Both the position numbers and the translations under genes were made by a program. A model generated the notes under the pieces. The model searched no databases and was not told where the DNA came from. It worked only from the letters and a program-made list of their open reading frames with translations. This document shows, piece after piece, positions 1-14,328 of a stretch of DNA of 64,000 nt (positions within the stretch are counted from its first letter, which is position 1; each line of letters starts with the position of its first letter). Location: NCBI GenBank assembly GCA_002245135.1, contig NGBS01000585.1, positions 1 through 64,000 of the forward strand. The letters run 5' to 3'. The DNA comes from Proteromonas lacertae (Eukaryota).

Positions 1-1115
1 TTGTATCTACTACATTACTTAACTGTTGATGGGAATTCTTCATCTCATCTATTGTCTTTTCTATCATCGCTTGAGCTGCTAAGATATTCGCTAATGATGT
101 TTTTGAATCAGCTGATTGTTGAGCTACCATTTGAGATACTTGATCTCTTAATTTATATATTTCGATATTCAATGCTTCATTGGAGGCTTTATCATCTAGA
201 GTTTTTAAAATTGCACCAGTCTATTAAGAATATAATAATAATTATAACATATATATATATTCATACAACTTTATCTACTGTATCAAACTTTGTTTGATTC
301 TTTTCTATATTAGATTTCACAGTTTTATCTAATTCATCTAAATGATGAGATAAGAAATCTGTTTGTGTGTCAAAATCTGATTTTAATGCACATTTTGATA
401 AAGCATCTTCTAATTCATCCTTCATTCTTGCAATGTCTTTGCCAAAATCTTGAGAAGTATCTTTCATTTCTTTCTTTAAGGATTCTGCTTGTCTTGACAT
501 TTGACTCTTATAAATATATTTATAATGATCATATATATATACTTTCATATCATTTGCTGTTGTATCTAAATGACTTTTTAATGAATTTAAATCATTTACT
601 CTCGCGCAGTCTTTTAAACTACCATCCAATCTCTATATATTATATTATTCACTTATATATATACATCAATATCATCTTTTTGGCTAATGTTCCCATTTCT
701 TCTTGTTGCTTTTTTAGATTCTCATTTAATTCATCAATTATACCATTCAACTATTTAATTACAATATATACATCATACTCGGTCTATTTCTTCAGCTTGT
801 TTGTCAATTACATCTTGCGCAGCTTTTAAATTAGCTGCACTTTCTTTTGCTAATTCTCCTAATTTATCTCCTATATAAACTCTGTTCTCAGCTTTGTATT
901 GATCTAAATCTGAAGGTTTTACTCTATTAGCCATTTCACCAAATAAATTTTCTATATTAGAATCCATCGTCATAACTTTTCCAACCAAATTCTTCATAAC
1001 TTTCTGTAGCTTTGTAATTTCTACTAGATCAGCATCTGAAGGAGCTAGACCTAACGCTTTCCATGACTATATAATATATGTATAATTATGTATTTACTTC
1101 TTTATCTATATCCAT
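1..1115 (-). CDS. Coiled-coil protein of unknown function (multi-exon, 3' end beyond window)
   Basis: ATG at 1115 (MDIDKE) splices via a GT-AG intron into the frame of ORF 773..997 (MKNLVGK...) and then ORF 261..629. The sequence is heptad-rich and charged. Confidence 0.65.
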
Positions 1116-1340
1116 TTTTATTGATTTTTCAATTGAATAACTGAAAAAACGACAAAATCAAACTTTAGGCTTGATATAAATAGTCGTTTCATTTTTTAAT
1201 AATTGATTTTCTTTTTATCTATGATGTATATGAAGAGAATACATATAAATTAGGATACAATTGGAAAGAAAAGGAAGTATGGATATATTTTTATTAATAA
1301 TCACAATCTAAAATTAAAGAAGAAACGACTATATTTCAGA

Positions 1341-4300
1341 AATGTCTTTTCAAATTCATGAAATAGAAGAGATTTTGAAATATAAACTACCGAAATTGAA
1401 TGTATATGTATATAATATATGTATTAGATAAAAGAAAGGATTGAAAGAAGTGTAAATGAATTAGATTGTGTTGTAGAGAATGAAGATACTATTAGGGTTA
1501 TGAAGATAATCGATGTTGGTGGAATGAAAGAGAAAAAGATAATAAACTACTCAGAGAACAACTCTTTGTTGTTAGATTGTTGTTCATTTTACACTTGTCC
1601 ATTTGAAATTCAAATAATCGGGGCTAATTGATGATATTAGAAAGAAGCAATTACATCAGAGATTTTGAGAAGTAATAAAATGTAAGACACTAACTAGAGG
1701 TGATATATGTGATATATTATGTTCAATCTGTGGTATTTTGATGATATTTTGTGAATATGATTTAATAGTTAGTGATTTGAAGAGTAGTAACATTATATAT
1801 GAAGAAAATGATGATGTAAAGTTATGTGATTTATTCTTAAACACATTGAGAAAAGAGGAAGATATGAGATCATATGATATATGCTTCAAAAGCCCAGAAG
1901 AGTTGAATGGGTTAGAATGTAATGAAAGAAGTGTGATTTGGTCAATTGGATGTATTATTATATGAAATGATTTGTAAGAAATTACCATTTTGTGAAGATA
2001 ATAATATGAATAAAACAAAAGAGAATATTCTCAGATGTAAATACATTTTAGATGTAGAATGTGATGATAGAATAAAAAGAGATGATAGAAAGAATGTTAA
2101 AAGTGAATAGTGAAGATAGAATGAGTTTAAAAGAGTTGGAAAAAGAAATGATAAAAATGAATGAATTATTGAAAGAAGATGATTATTTAATGATGTATAA
2201 AGAAGAAAAGAAATATTGTATAGAAATGATAAATGTGCTCTTACACTTCCACTACTATTTCTACCAGAATATTATCTTAAAAGTGATAAATGGGAAGAAA
2301 TTCGTGATGTTTTAATAGAAATCTACAACAGCAAACCAAATGAAAGAATACTATCAATTTTATTGATGATGAAATTATATAAATATGATGAATCAATAAA
2401 AGATAAATTACATTTTCAAATTCATCATAAATGTAAAGGATATGAAGAGTGTTATTTAGATGAAATGATATTTAATATTGAAACTGATAAAGATTATGAC
2501 GTTACAGTAGATTATAGGTGTATATGTTTATGTGAAGAAGGGATTAGTTATTTCTTCAAAATGCTGAAATTAGTAAATCCAGAAATCTATTAATCTGTAT
2601 AATTTCTAATAATCTTGTTCATTTAGATTGTATAATAATTCCATTGGTGTATCAACCGCTGTTTGCATCATATTTAAGCCAATTATCAAATCTACAAGAA
2701 TTATGTCTAATATTTTGTTATCTTACTATTGATTTCATTGAATCATTTGTTAAATCAATTCCATATATGATAAAATTAAAGAATATGAATTTTCCATGTA
2801 TTATTATTCTATTTCAAATGCTATTGTGATATAGATAATCCAATTGGTGTAAAAGGATTTAAATTGTTACTTCCACATTTTCATTTATTAATCAACAAAG
2901 ATAATGAATTGTATTTTAGTGGTTTGAACTTAGATGATGAATTAATGATATTATTATCAGAAGAATTATACAAATATCCAAATCTTAGCATAATAAATAT
3001 CCAAGAAAATAAAAATATTCATTCCAAAGGGTTAAAAGCCTTGTGTTCTATATTTCCTGTTTCAAAAATAGGTCTTGATATTATTGAAAGAAAAGAATTA
3101 CTGATTGACAAAGATATTCCAAAATTCATCGAATGCATGGAGGAAACAGAATATCGCATTGATACATTAAATCTAAGAAATTTAGAAATTGATGATGATT
3201 ATTTGAAATCATTAATTTTATTAAGAGCAAATGAATTAAGAAGAATAGAAAAGTTTGATTTGAGTTGTATAATTTGATATTTTTCTACTATTTAGATAAT
3301 AAACTAACATGCAAAGTATAGAAATACTAATCAACAATCTCTCTTCATTTTCAAGTCTTAAGGTAATTCGATTAAATGGAAATTTGATAGGAATGAAGGA
3401 ATGAAATATTATCTCCACATTTACATTATTTAAAAGATGAATATAACACAATTGATTGTTCTAGTATAATGATTATTGTTTAATATGTAATAGAAATGGG
3501 ATTATCTTCAGATGGATTAACATATTTATTAGATGGTTTAAAAATATTCAAGAAAGAAAAGAATTACTTGATATAAGTGATAATTATATTGATTCATCTG
3601 GAATGAGAATGTTTGATGAATTATATGAAAGAAAATAATAAAATTGAAATTTCTTCATTCATCGTATATTAAATTAAATATAATGTTATAATATTGTTTA
3701 ATAGACAACTCAATTGGTAATCTTGGATTTAAATTGCTATTTGACAAATTAATAATGTTAAATGATGATGATGTAATAAACTTGAGTGATATATCTATAG
3801 ATGGTGAAAGTGTGATATTATTAACAGAAAGAATAGATTCAATTAGTGGAGCTGAAGTAATAAATCTAAGTGGAAATAATATCAAAAAGATCAGTTAAAG
3901 TCAATTTGTTCAAAATCATTAGAAAGTGGACTATATCCTTTCATACAAATGAATAATCCTTCTTGGACTAATGAAGAATTGGAATTATATTTGAAGTATT
4001 GTATAAAAAAGAAAGGAAGTGGATTATGATGTAGATTTTAATTTATCAAGTATATATGTTATTAGTATATGATGAATAGATTTAAATTTCAATGATTCTC
4101 ATATTTCATTGATTAAACAATTCACTTTATAAGAATTAGATTTATCAAACAACAGAATAAGTTCAAAAGGATTGAAGGAATTAATTGATGCTTTGCCAAA
4201 GAATGCAGACATTCACTATATATAATTATGAAAGAGAAGATATATACATATTTCAATATATAATAATCCAATTGGAGATGAAGGGATAGAAATGATTTGT

Positions 4301-4666
4301 AATAATATAGATAAATTTGTTGGAAGAGATGAAAAAAAGATCCATCATCATTGAATGTGTCGAATTGTGGGATGAGTGAAAAAGGATTAAGAGTATTAAC
4401 AGAAGATTTAAAGATTATTACCTATTTTTAGGAGAAATAAACCTATTAGGAAATGAATTAGATGAAAAAGAATTGAGAATTATGATAGAAAATAAAGTAG
4501 TGTTTGATTATCTGAATGCATTATCAATAACAGTAAAAGAAAATATTGATAAATATGAATTAAAAACATTTTTAGAAACATTTTCTTCAATTGGGAGATA
4601 GTATTAGATGGAATATTAAAAGAAGAAAAGAAAGAATTATCAAAACAATTTCTCAATATTAAATAA
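1341..4666 (+). pseudogene. Degenerate (pseudo)kinase + RNI-like LRR gene, multiple frameshifts/stops
   Basis: Kinase remnants VSDLKSSNII, VKLCDLF, FKSPEEL, SVIWSIGCI, IERMLKVNSEDR are followed by LRR segments (LNGNLIG, NPIGDEG, LSNNRISSKGL). Frameshift near 1958 plus several further breaks. Paralog of 56699-59950. Start approximate. Confidence 0.7.
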
Positions 4667-4682
4667 TTCATTATTTTTATTA

Positions 4683-7356
4683 TTAAAATTCAGTTAATTC
4701 TTCAACTTTCTTATCTGATACATCATCCAATATCCTATGCAATTCTTTCACAATTTCAGAAAAACTAGTTATATCATAATTAAATAAACTAAAATATAAA
4801 AATCACAAAATAAAAAAAAGATATGTCTAGAATTTGGATCATAAGATAACATTCTTTCATATAATTGAGTATACAGTTTTGGAGAATAATCAATTGAATC
4901 TGGCTTAATTTTATTCTCACATACTAAATTCATTACAGTAAATGGATCTTGATTTGGATATGGTTCACTCCAAGCCATTATTTCCCACAATATAATGCCA
5001 TAACTATAAACATCACATTTTTCATTATATCTTAAACCTTTCAATATCTCTGGAGCAACCCATAAAGGACTTCCACATTGGGATAATATTCTTTTATTAT
5101 CATAAAAACAAGATAAACCAAAATCAGCTATTTTAGCTTGCCAATATATATTTACATAAACATTAGTAGATTTCAAATCTCTGTGTAATAGAGGAGGATC
5201 TAATGAATGTAAATATTCCATTCCCTTTGCTCCATCTAAAGCAAGTTTTACAGCTAATTTTATATGTTCTTTTATTACTTCATCTCTCTGTAAATTACTA
5301 TATATTTGATTAATACTACCTCTTGGCATTAATTCAGTAACAATATATAGTTTTTGTGGATTTGCAGTACTTCCAATAAACAAAACAATATTTGGATGTC
5401 TTAATTGTTTCATTATAGAAGATTCTTTTATAAATTGTGATAAAGCAACAGAAGATAAATGACAAAATATTACTTTCACTGACACATGTGTTCCACTATA
5501 CACACCTTCATATACTTTAGAATAAGAAGTAGAAGCAATAGGTGGACCAATGGACAATTCATCAATATTCAAATTCAATCCAGGAATAGACAATTTAGTC
5601 TGTGGATAGGTAATGAATTCACTCCAATCTTGATTAGAGTCAATTTCAAATTCATCTTGAATAAACTGTTTGATTCTATCTAATACTTCATCAAATGGTA
5701 ATCTTGTGTGAGGTTTAACTTTCCAACAATCTCTCATTATATAAACCAATGGAACTAATGGTTCAACAACTTCAGTCTCTTTATCACCATCTGGTCTAAC
5801 ACCTTTTAACACCATTTCTGTAATCTCATTGGGAGTTGAATGACAAAATGGAATTTTACGATATACCAATTCATATAACAATATTCCATAACTATAAGAA
5901 TCTGAGTTTAACGTTTCTTGCATTCCCATTATTAATTCAGGAGCCATCCACGCTGTTAAATTGTCTCTATGAGTGAAACGACCTATTGCTACTTCTTCAT
6001 TGTTATTAATAGAAGACCAACCAATATCGCCAATCTATAAAATAATAATAAAAATAATAAATATTGATACTTTAACATGGTAGTCATTAGTAAGAAATAT
6101 ATTAGAGGATGCTAATGAACCATGTACAATTGGTGGATTTTGTTCATGTAAATACAACATACCTTCTGCTATTTCTTGTGCTATTTTAACTATTAATGTC
6201 CAATCAAAATCAATCTTGTCAGAATATAATGCTTTAAACAATGTTCCTTTTTCAATGAATTCATATACTAATGAAGGTGGATAGATAGTAAACCCCATGA
6301 AATAGACGAGATTCGGATGTCTTAATTGAGCAATTCTAGCAGCTTGATCATGTAAAGTACCTAATACTTCTTGGCCATTGGTTGTAGTTAAATTCTAAAC
6401 AAAATAAAAACACATTTTAAAAAATACTTTAATACAAACTGGAGTTCTTCTCCATTCTGCTCTAGACATTGTTTCATTGATTTTCTCTGTATTTAATAAG
6501 TCTTTTGGATCAATAATACATCCTAATGTTGCATCTTTTACTGTTCCATCATTGGCTGCTACTCTTAACAGAAATGGTAAACTTTCTAATTCAACATTTA
6601 ATAATATTTTCTTTTGCTGTAATTCTTTGAAAAATAGATATTGTCCTTTATAATATTTAAGTGAAACATAACTCAATATTAAAGAAAACACTGTAAATAA
6701 TACAAATTCAACTATTTGATTCACTTGTTCAGTGTCAGTTGTATCAAATTTCTGATCGATTATTCTAAAGAATAAATGCATCACAAACACCAATGCATGT
6801 AAAAGTATAATTTGTATATAACTGGTACATAGTACAATACCTATTCCTATGTCAGCGATTAGTAAGAAAGCTGCATCACTCGTTTTACGACTTGGATATG
6901 AAACTCTGATGAAGAAATATACTATCAAAGTTATAATAATGACTATTGTTGATTTATATTTGTTATTAAAACATAGGAGGTAATATTTGTCTTTTCTCAT
7001 AAACAATAGTGAAATCAGCAGGTATAAAATACAAAATACAAGGATTATAATAACTATGACTGATAGACTTTCTCTTACAACTATAAAATTACAAAATACA
7101 AACATAATACTTTTCACAATAGAGAGAACTATGTAATACATTGTTAATAAATAGTAATATATTTTTGCTACAGTCATTCTATCCTTTACCCACTCCTCTC
7201 TATACTTTTGATCATGTCTAATGATATATAATGTGTTAATAATAGAGAATACTGTATTGGATTTAAACATAATGAAAATTTACTTATCCACATTTTATCA
7301 ATCGTGTCATTGTCATCATCTGCAACATTCTTACTATTAGCAACTTTCGTTGACAT
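4683..7356 (-). CDS. Multi-pass membrane TKL-type protein with tandem kinase domains (pseudokinase + kinase)
   Basis: The N-terminal ORF 6395..7270 has about 6-7 hydrophobic segments. Kinase 1 has LRHPN, HGSLASSN, DIG, WMAPE. Kinase 2 has LRHPNIVLF, HRDLKSTN, DFG, GSPLWVAPE, DVYSYG. Last exon reads SFSEIVKELHR with the stop at 4683. Confidence 0.85.
4769..4824 (-). other. U12-like intron (ATATCTTT...AA/AC)
   Basis: Removing 4769-4824 restores the kinase subdomain XI motif DPNSR-PSFSEI. The 5' end reads ATATCTTT, and I saw no GT donor that gives this join. Confidence 0.6.
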
Positions 7357-7419
7357 TATAAAACAAGAATTAAAAAACTGAATAATTCAAGCTTATTATC
7401 AAGCCAATATCATATTTTT

Positions 7420-10275
7420 ATGGAGTATTTTAGAGTGTTTAATATATTTTTATAGAAGCATAACTTGTTCAGATTGGATACCATTAGGAGAAGAACCGAA
7501 CCAAGTGCAATATAGAGCTTGGAAGCTGTATGATACAGAATGGCCAAGAGATTTGACAGATTATATAGCAGTAGCTGCAGATTTTGGAGGTATGATTGGA
7601 TATGATATAAAAAATGAATAGGTCCAATTGCTCTTATTCAGAATTATGATAAATTGTTAGGTTATGGTAGATCTAACGAATTTGATCCAACAATATTCGT
7701 CACAAATAATGCAGCATATATGGTATATTATTTTTTATATCAAATCAAATAGATTTGCAGATTTAATCGAGCTAATTTTGCTCATTGTACAATATTAGCA
7801 GCAGGATGGAACAACCGTGAACAATTAATAATAGTCCATTCAGATGGATCTGTCCTATGCTTCTCTCTATTAAACAAAGAACCACAAATTGTTAACATAT
7901 TTGAAGGATTAACTGATGAAGAAGTATTAGCAGCAGCAGTTGGTAAGACAGGTACAGCCTGTGTAACATCCAATAGAAGAGTATTCTTTATAGATACAAT
8001 GGGAGAAGAAATGTCAGTAGAATCGTATGGAATATTAAGAGCAGGTTCAGGAATAAAAGCAACTTCATTAGCAATAATAGAACCAGAATATACACCATCC
8101 CAAGAAATAGAATTATTAATAGGTACTTCCGATTGTAGTATATTCATACACGATAAAGTTGAATCAATCGATCAGAATTTACAACAGCAATTAATGACAC
8201 CAGTCATGAAAATGGCTGTTGCACCAAAAGGTAATTTTGTAGCTTGTTATATGGAGAATGGTTTTGTGAATGTGTTTTCTACTGATTTCACTAATCAAAT
8301 ATTAGATTATAGTACACAAGGAGAAGGAGCTGATGAGATCTGTTGGTGTGGTGAAGATGCTGTTGTTATATATAAAGAAGGGAAGGATGTAACATTAATT
8401 GGACCATCTGGAGATTGGCATAAGTATAAATAGATAAATATATATATATAATTATTATTTTAATAGAATACCTTATAATCCAGAAGATAGAGTATTTTTA
8501 AAACAAGAAATTGATTCAGTTCGTATTATATCAAGTGAATCGGTGGAGTTGTTATTACGTGTTCCAGAGTCTGTGGTTTCAATCAAATCAATTGGTTCAA
8601 CATCACCTGGTGCTTTGTTGTTTGATGCTATTGAAGCATATAATAGTGGAAATGCTAAAGCTGATGATAATATAAGATGTGTAATAGAAAGTAATGGTTT
8701 GAATAAAGCTATTGAAGATTGTTTAGATGCAGCAAGCCATGAGTTTGATCAAAATGAGCAGAAACAATATTTAAGAGCTGCTTCGTATGGTAAATGTTTT
8801 GATAGTGATGAAAATGTATGTTATGATCATGCAGATTTGTTTGTTACAACTGCAAAGACATTGAGAGTATTACATTCATTATGTGAACCAAAAGTATGTT
8901 TATATAATAATAATTATTATTGAAATAGATTGGAATGCCATTAACATTGAATCAGTTTGATACTTTAACACCAACTGTAGTAATTTCAAGATTGATCAGA
9001 AGACATCAACACTTTTTAGCATTAAAAGTATGTATTATATTTTATTTGATTGTTTTGAATAGATATGTGATTATTTACATATGAATAAATACAGTATTCT
9101 CTCTGATTGGGCTTGTGAATTAGTAAGATTAAATAAAAAGGAAATATCTGATGAACAATATAGAGATAAGATCAGAGATAGATTAAAGTGTTGTGAAGAT
9201 ATGTCTTACAGAGAAATCGCCTTAACAGCAGTAAAAGTTGGAAGAAGAAACTTGGCTTCTATGTTATTAGAATTTGAACCAAAAGCAAAAGATCAAATTC
9301 CATTGTTATTAGATATGGAAGAGGATCAATTAGCTTTAAGAAAAGCTGTACAAAGTGGTGATAGCGATTTGATATTACAAGTTGTATTGGAATTAAAAGA
9401 TAGAATGTTAGGAACAGGTGAAAGTGAGAATGAATTCTTTAGATTGTTATACGCATTTCCTAAAGCGATGTAATTTGTTGTTGAAATATTGTCAAACACA
9501 GCCAGAATTACAAACACAGATATTATTTGGAATGCATAAGTATATATATATATTAATATTTCATTAATATTTTATTTATAGAGAATTTGATGCAGCAAAA
9601 TTATTAATTGCCAATTCCTATAAGAATGATGAATCATTAGAAGAAAGATTAAACTCATTAAAGAAAGTAAAAGAAGTAATAACTGCTGGTTTTAACTCAG
9701 GAAATAGAGATTTACAATTTCAAATCAGTTTGGTTGATGATGCAATGAAATTGTTACAATATCAAAATGAATTAGAGAAACAAGTTCATACTGATATATT
9801 CTTAGATACTTCATTAGTTGATACTGTTTATAATATGGTATTTATGGGAAATGTGAAAGCTGTGAAAGTAAAGAATGATTTTAAAATGACTGATGCAACG
9901 TATATAGATTAATATTTAATTGTAAATAGGTTTTGGCATACTAAAGTTAGGGCTTTAAGAGATATAAAGGATTGGAGTAATTTGTTGGCTTTCGCTAATG
10001 AGAAGAAAAGTCCAATTGGGTATTTACCATTTGCTAATGCATGTATTAAACAGGGAGCTTATGATCAAGCTGCTATATATATACAGAAATTAACAGATGT
10101 GAAAGAAAAGACTGCTTTGTTGATTCAGATAAGAAGATGGAGAGAAGCTGCAGAATTGGCGTTGAAATCAGGTGACCTTGATTCAATAAATACAATTTAT
10201 CGTTTATGTAATGATCCTGAGCTAAAGAGTAGTATTGAAAAAGCAGATGGCTTAATTACTAATTATATTTTATGA
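7420..10275 (+). CDS. VPS16: Vacuolar protein sorting 16 (HOPS/CORVET)
   Basis: FGGPIAL, IGSTSPGALLFDA, YLRAASYGK, EPKAKDQIPLLL, ALRKAVQSGDSDL and KKSPIGYLPF motifs across many small introns. One apparent frameshift near 9467. Confidence 0.92.
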
Positions 10276-10384
10276 ATGTGGATTATTTTGTTTATTTTTG
10301 TGACTGAATAATGAGATAAATGAAAATGAAAAAATATGAAACGAATATATTTTTGAAATTCAAATTTAAATTGAAAAAATTGAA

Positions 10385-13349
10385 ATGGATGATCCAGATG
10401 ACTTCCGTTCATGGTTACAAAACATTGAACAAACAGTACTAAATAAATGCGTTAATGAAAGTAAATTAGATACACCCTCTTCAATAAATCAATCTCAATA
10501 CAGCTACAAGTATAGAATACATTCATTAAAATTCATAGTTCTCCTGATCATTATGAATTTCACTTTGACACACCTTCTTACCTCCCTCCTTCTTCATCAG
10601 TATTTATAGACTGTTTATCTTGTAGTTATCAGATGATATAAATGAAGCTTCAAAATTATTACATGCATGGGATAAAGTATTTTTTTATCTGATTTTATAT
10701 ATAGGTTGAAGAAGATGCAAAATTGATCAAAAAAGGAATTATGCCAAAAACAAAAGTTCCTCAGCCAAAGAAAGAGCCACTACCATCATCATTAGTAATA
10801 AATAATAAACCAAGACCACTTCCAATTCCAAAGAAAAAACCAACTTCCACTCATAACACACCTTTGTATTAATAAAATAGTAAATATATTGAATAGAACA
10901 AAAAGAATACTTGATAAAAGATCAGTTAATCAAGTACAAACTAAGCCAAATAATACAACAAGGAGAGTATTAACAGTACCATCAGTAGAAACAAAAATAT
11001 CATCACCTTATCAACAACAACAACATTCTCCACCACCTCAATCAGAATCATACTTTAATAATGATAGAGAGATGTTATTCCGTCCAATTAAATATGATGT
11101 AGATGAAGAGATAGGTGAACAAGTGGTGAATAATCTATTTGGAGATGATTTTAATGATTTAGAAGACTTTAGTTCAGATGATGATGATGATGATGATGTT
11201 TTGATTATTCCACCAGAAGTGTTTATTTTATACACCAAAAATAAACAGAAGAAATACTTTTTGAAGTGGAAAATGTATCATAATAGAATAAAAGCTATAA
11301 GAATGAAGAAACAGAAGGAAATAGAGAAAATTGAAGAAATGAAAATGGGTAAAGCATTTCAATTTTATTCTAAAAGAGAATCAAAGAAATTATTTAGACT
11401 ATGGAGAAAATTAGTATTTTTATTGTGATTATTATTATATTTATTAGACAAAACAAAACAAAACAATTAGAGAAGAATACTATAAAAGATTTATATACAA
11501 AAAACGAGAATTAATTCTAACTATGAAATTCAGAAAATGGTTAAATCTAACAAGAAAAATACTAAAAGAAAAAGAAGTTGTATATGAACAGAAAGATCTT
11601 GAGAATTATATGAGAAATAACAATAAAGCAATTGGATTTAGAAAATATTGGACTAAATTAAACTATTTCCATTTGTGGAGGAATAATGTTAAAGTTATAT
11701 TAAGACAAAAACATATGGCATATGAGAAGTTTCAAGCTGAACAAAAAGCGATGAATTATTTAAATAACATAAAAAAGAAACAATTAGATTTGAAGAGTAA
11801 GAAAATAATGAATAAAGCTAAAGAAGATATTAATTCAAATCCATTATCTACACCAAATAATAATCCTAGAAGATCATCATCTACATCTGTATCAAGACCA
11901 ACTACAGCATCTTCAACAAGAACAACAGCAACTGCAAGCAACCTCAAGAACAGTGAAAAGATCTAATTCAAATGTAAAAGCTAAAGTTGACACTGGACTT
12001 AGAAATAATAATAATAATAATAATACTTCAAGTAAAAGATCAACCAGTGTAATACAACCAAGATCAGTACCAAAACCAAATATTAATATAAATACAAATA
12101 GAAGACCCAGTAATGGTGTTTCAAATAATGCAAAGTATTTAAATGATAGAATTCAACAGTCACCTCCACATCCACCAGTTAATCCAAAGACAATTGTTAT
12201 TGAATCAAAACAACAAGATTATCATGGAATAAAAAGTCCAACCAATAATGAATCAAAATATCAAGAGTATAAAAGAAATAAAGAAGCAATATATAAACAT
12301 TCAAAAGAACCAAATCCAAGTGAAGAAGAAGAAGAATGATGATGATGAGCCACCACCTCCTATTGATGTTTTACTTGGATCACCAACTCGTGAAAATGAT
12401 AATCATATAATAGAACCAATTTCACCAATCATTTCACCAAGAAGAAGTAATAGTATAGTTAATAATCTGAATAATAATTTAACAATGGAACAAAGAAGAA
12501 TTGAAAGACAGAAAAGATGGGAGAAATTACAATTGGATTATCAAAAGAAAGAAGAATTAAGAAAACAACAAGAAGAAATTGAAAGACAAAAGGAAAAAGA
12601 AGAAAAAATGAGAAAACAGAAAGAAATATTAAAAGAAAGACAAAGAAAACAAGAAGTAGAAGAAAAGAGAAGATATCAGAATGAATTACAGAGACAAAAA
12701 GAACATTTAGCTGATATGCATTCAACGAGGAGAATTATTGTATATATATTTTGTTATTATTGTTGTTATTTATTTATAGTTATATCATGGATGGATTCCT
12801 TGGAGAAAAGTGATTGGAGTGTTAAGAAGAATTGAAAGAAAAGCAAACAATCATTATGGATCAGTGTTATTAGAAAAATACTTCAAAAATTGGATAAAGT
12901 ATCATCAATTCTGTAGACAGCAACATGCTATTATTGAAGCAAATAACAGTATAAAAGCAGATAGATTTTATCAAAGACAATTAAAGAAAAGAGTGATGAA
13001 AAGATGGAAGAATTTATACGGAATATTTCAAACAAGATATCAGAAAGTATACTATATATATATATATATATATACTATAATGTAATAGTTATGTGGAATT
13101 CACAATTATTTTGTTGGTAAATCTTTTCTTAATAAGTGGAGATTGCAGAGGAATAGAAGATTAAAACAAAAAGAAGATGAATGGATTAGAAAACAACAGA
13201 AAGCTGAAATAATGGGATACAGATGTTTAAAATATCGATACTTTTTGTTTTGGCAACAATTTATTGAAGATTGTCACCATAAAAAGCAAATTCAACAGTA
13301 TGAGGAAGAATTGAAGAGAAAAGTGAGAGGGTGGTTAGATCCTTTATAA
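10385..13349 (+). CDS. Sfi1-repeat/CCDC191-like centrosomal coiled-coil protein
   Basis: Repeated K-x-F-x-x-W units (KKYFLKW, KKLFRLW, LNYFHLW, EKYFKNW, YRYFLFW), spacing typical of centrin-binding Sfi1-like repeats. Multi-exon, with two apparent frameshifts (~11945, ~12335). Confidence 0.6.
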
Positions 13350-13471
13350 TTAATAACTTCCAAATCAACAAAAATGACAAGTAGAAATACGACTACAATA
13401 TATAACTATGATAAGAAAATTGTTTATTTTATTTAGATTTTACAGTTTTTTAAATATGATAGTTTTTATTT

Positions 13472-14141
13472 TTATTTTGTATATTTGTTTTCATGTGGTA
13501 TTCTTTTGATTTCCATAGTACCACTCAATTGCAACATTTTTCTCATTTGATCTTCCAAATTATTGATTTTTTCATCATCTTGAGTGTTATACCATATTTC
13601 AATACGAAATACCAATTCATTCTTACTGCCTTTCTGCTTGGTCTTATCTACAATTCTTGCACCTGTGATTAAACATTCATTGTTTAATGTTTCACCGATT
13701 AAAGCAAAAACTATATGTTCCCACATCTCCTGTATTTGGTCAACGTTTCTTCGTACTATGATATGTATAATTTTCATATATACTTCTAACTTGTAACTCT
13801 CCACCTTTACTATTTGCAGGATCTTCCCATTCTGGTCTTATTCCACCTCTAAACAACCCTAAAGCTTCAACACTGTGTGGCCTTAAATACTTTTCAGCAC
13901 CTTTATCCATTTCTACTTTCACTTTGTAATTATTTATATATTGAAAAACATCTCTATCATAATATACATTTTAATAATACCTAGGTTGTAATATAGAAGG
14001 CCAACTTTGCCAAAAACTCTCAACAGTTTCAAACTCACTCATAATAGCCATTCCTTCTTTATATTTTCTCACATCTTTATCATTGGATGGAACTTGTTCC
14101 CATATACACCATTTCGTTTGCAATTTGTGATGGACACTCAT
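13472..14141 (-). CDS. EIF4E: Eukaryotic translation initiation factor 4E family member
   Basis: HKLQTKWCIW, FETVESFW, LFRGGIRPEWEDPANSKGG, WEHIVFALIGE, RIEIW. Confidence 0.92.
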
Positions 14142-14328
14142 TTAAAACAAAGAAATTGAAAATGTAAAATGAAAAATGTAAATTACATAATTACATGAGA
14201 ATATTACATTCTTTAATAACTTTTCAAAAGCCCTTTAATATAAAATATAAATATATGCAATAATAAGACAATAATAATAAGAAAAATATATCAAAATTAT
14301 TTATTCCTAGAAATAACAAACGAAGAGA

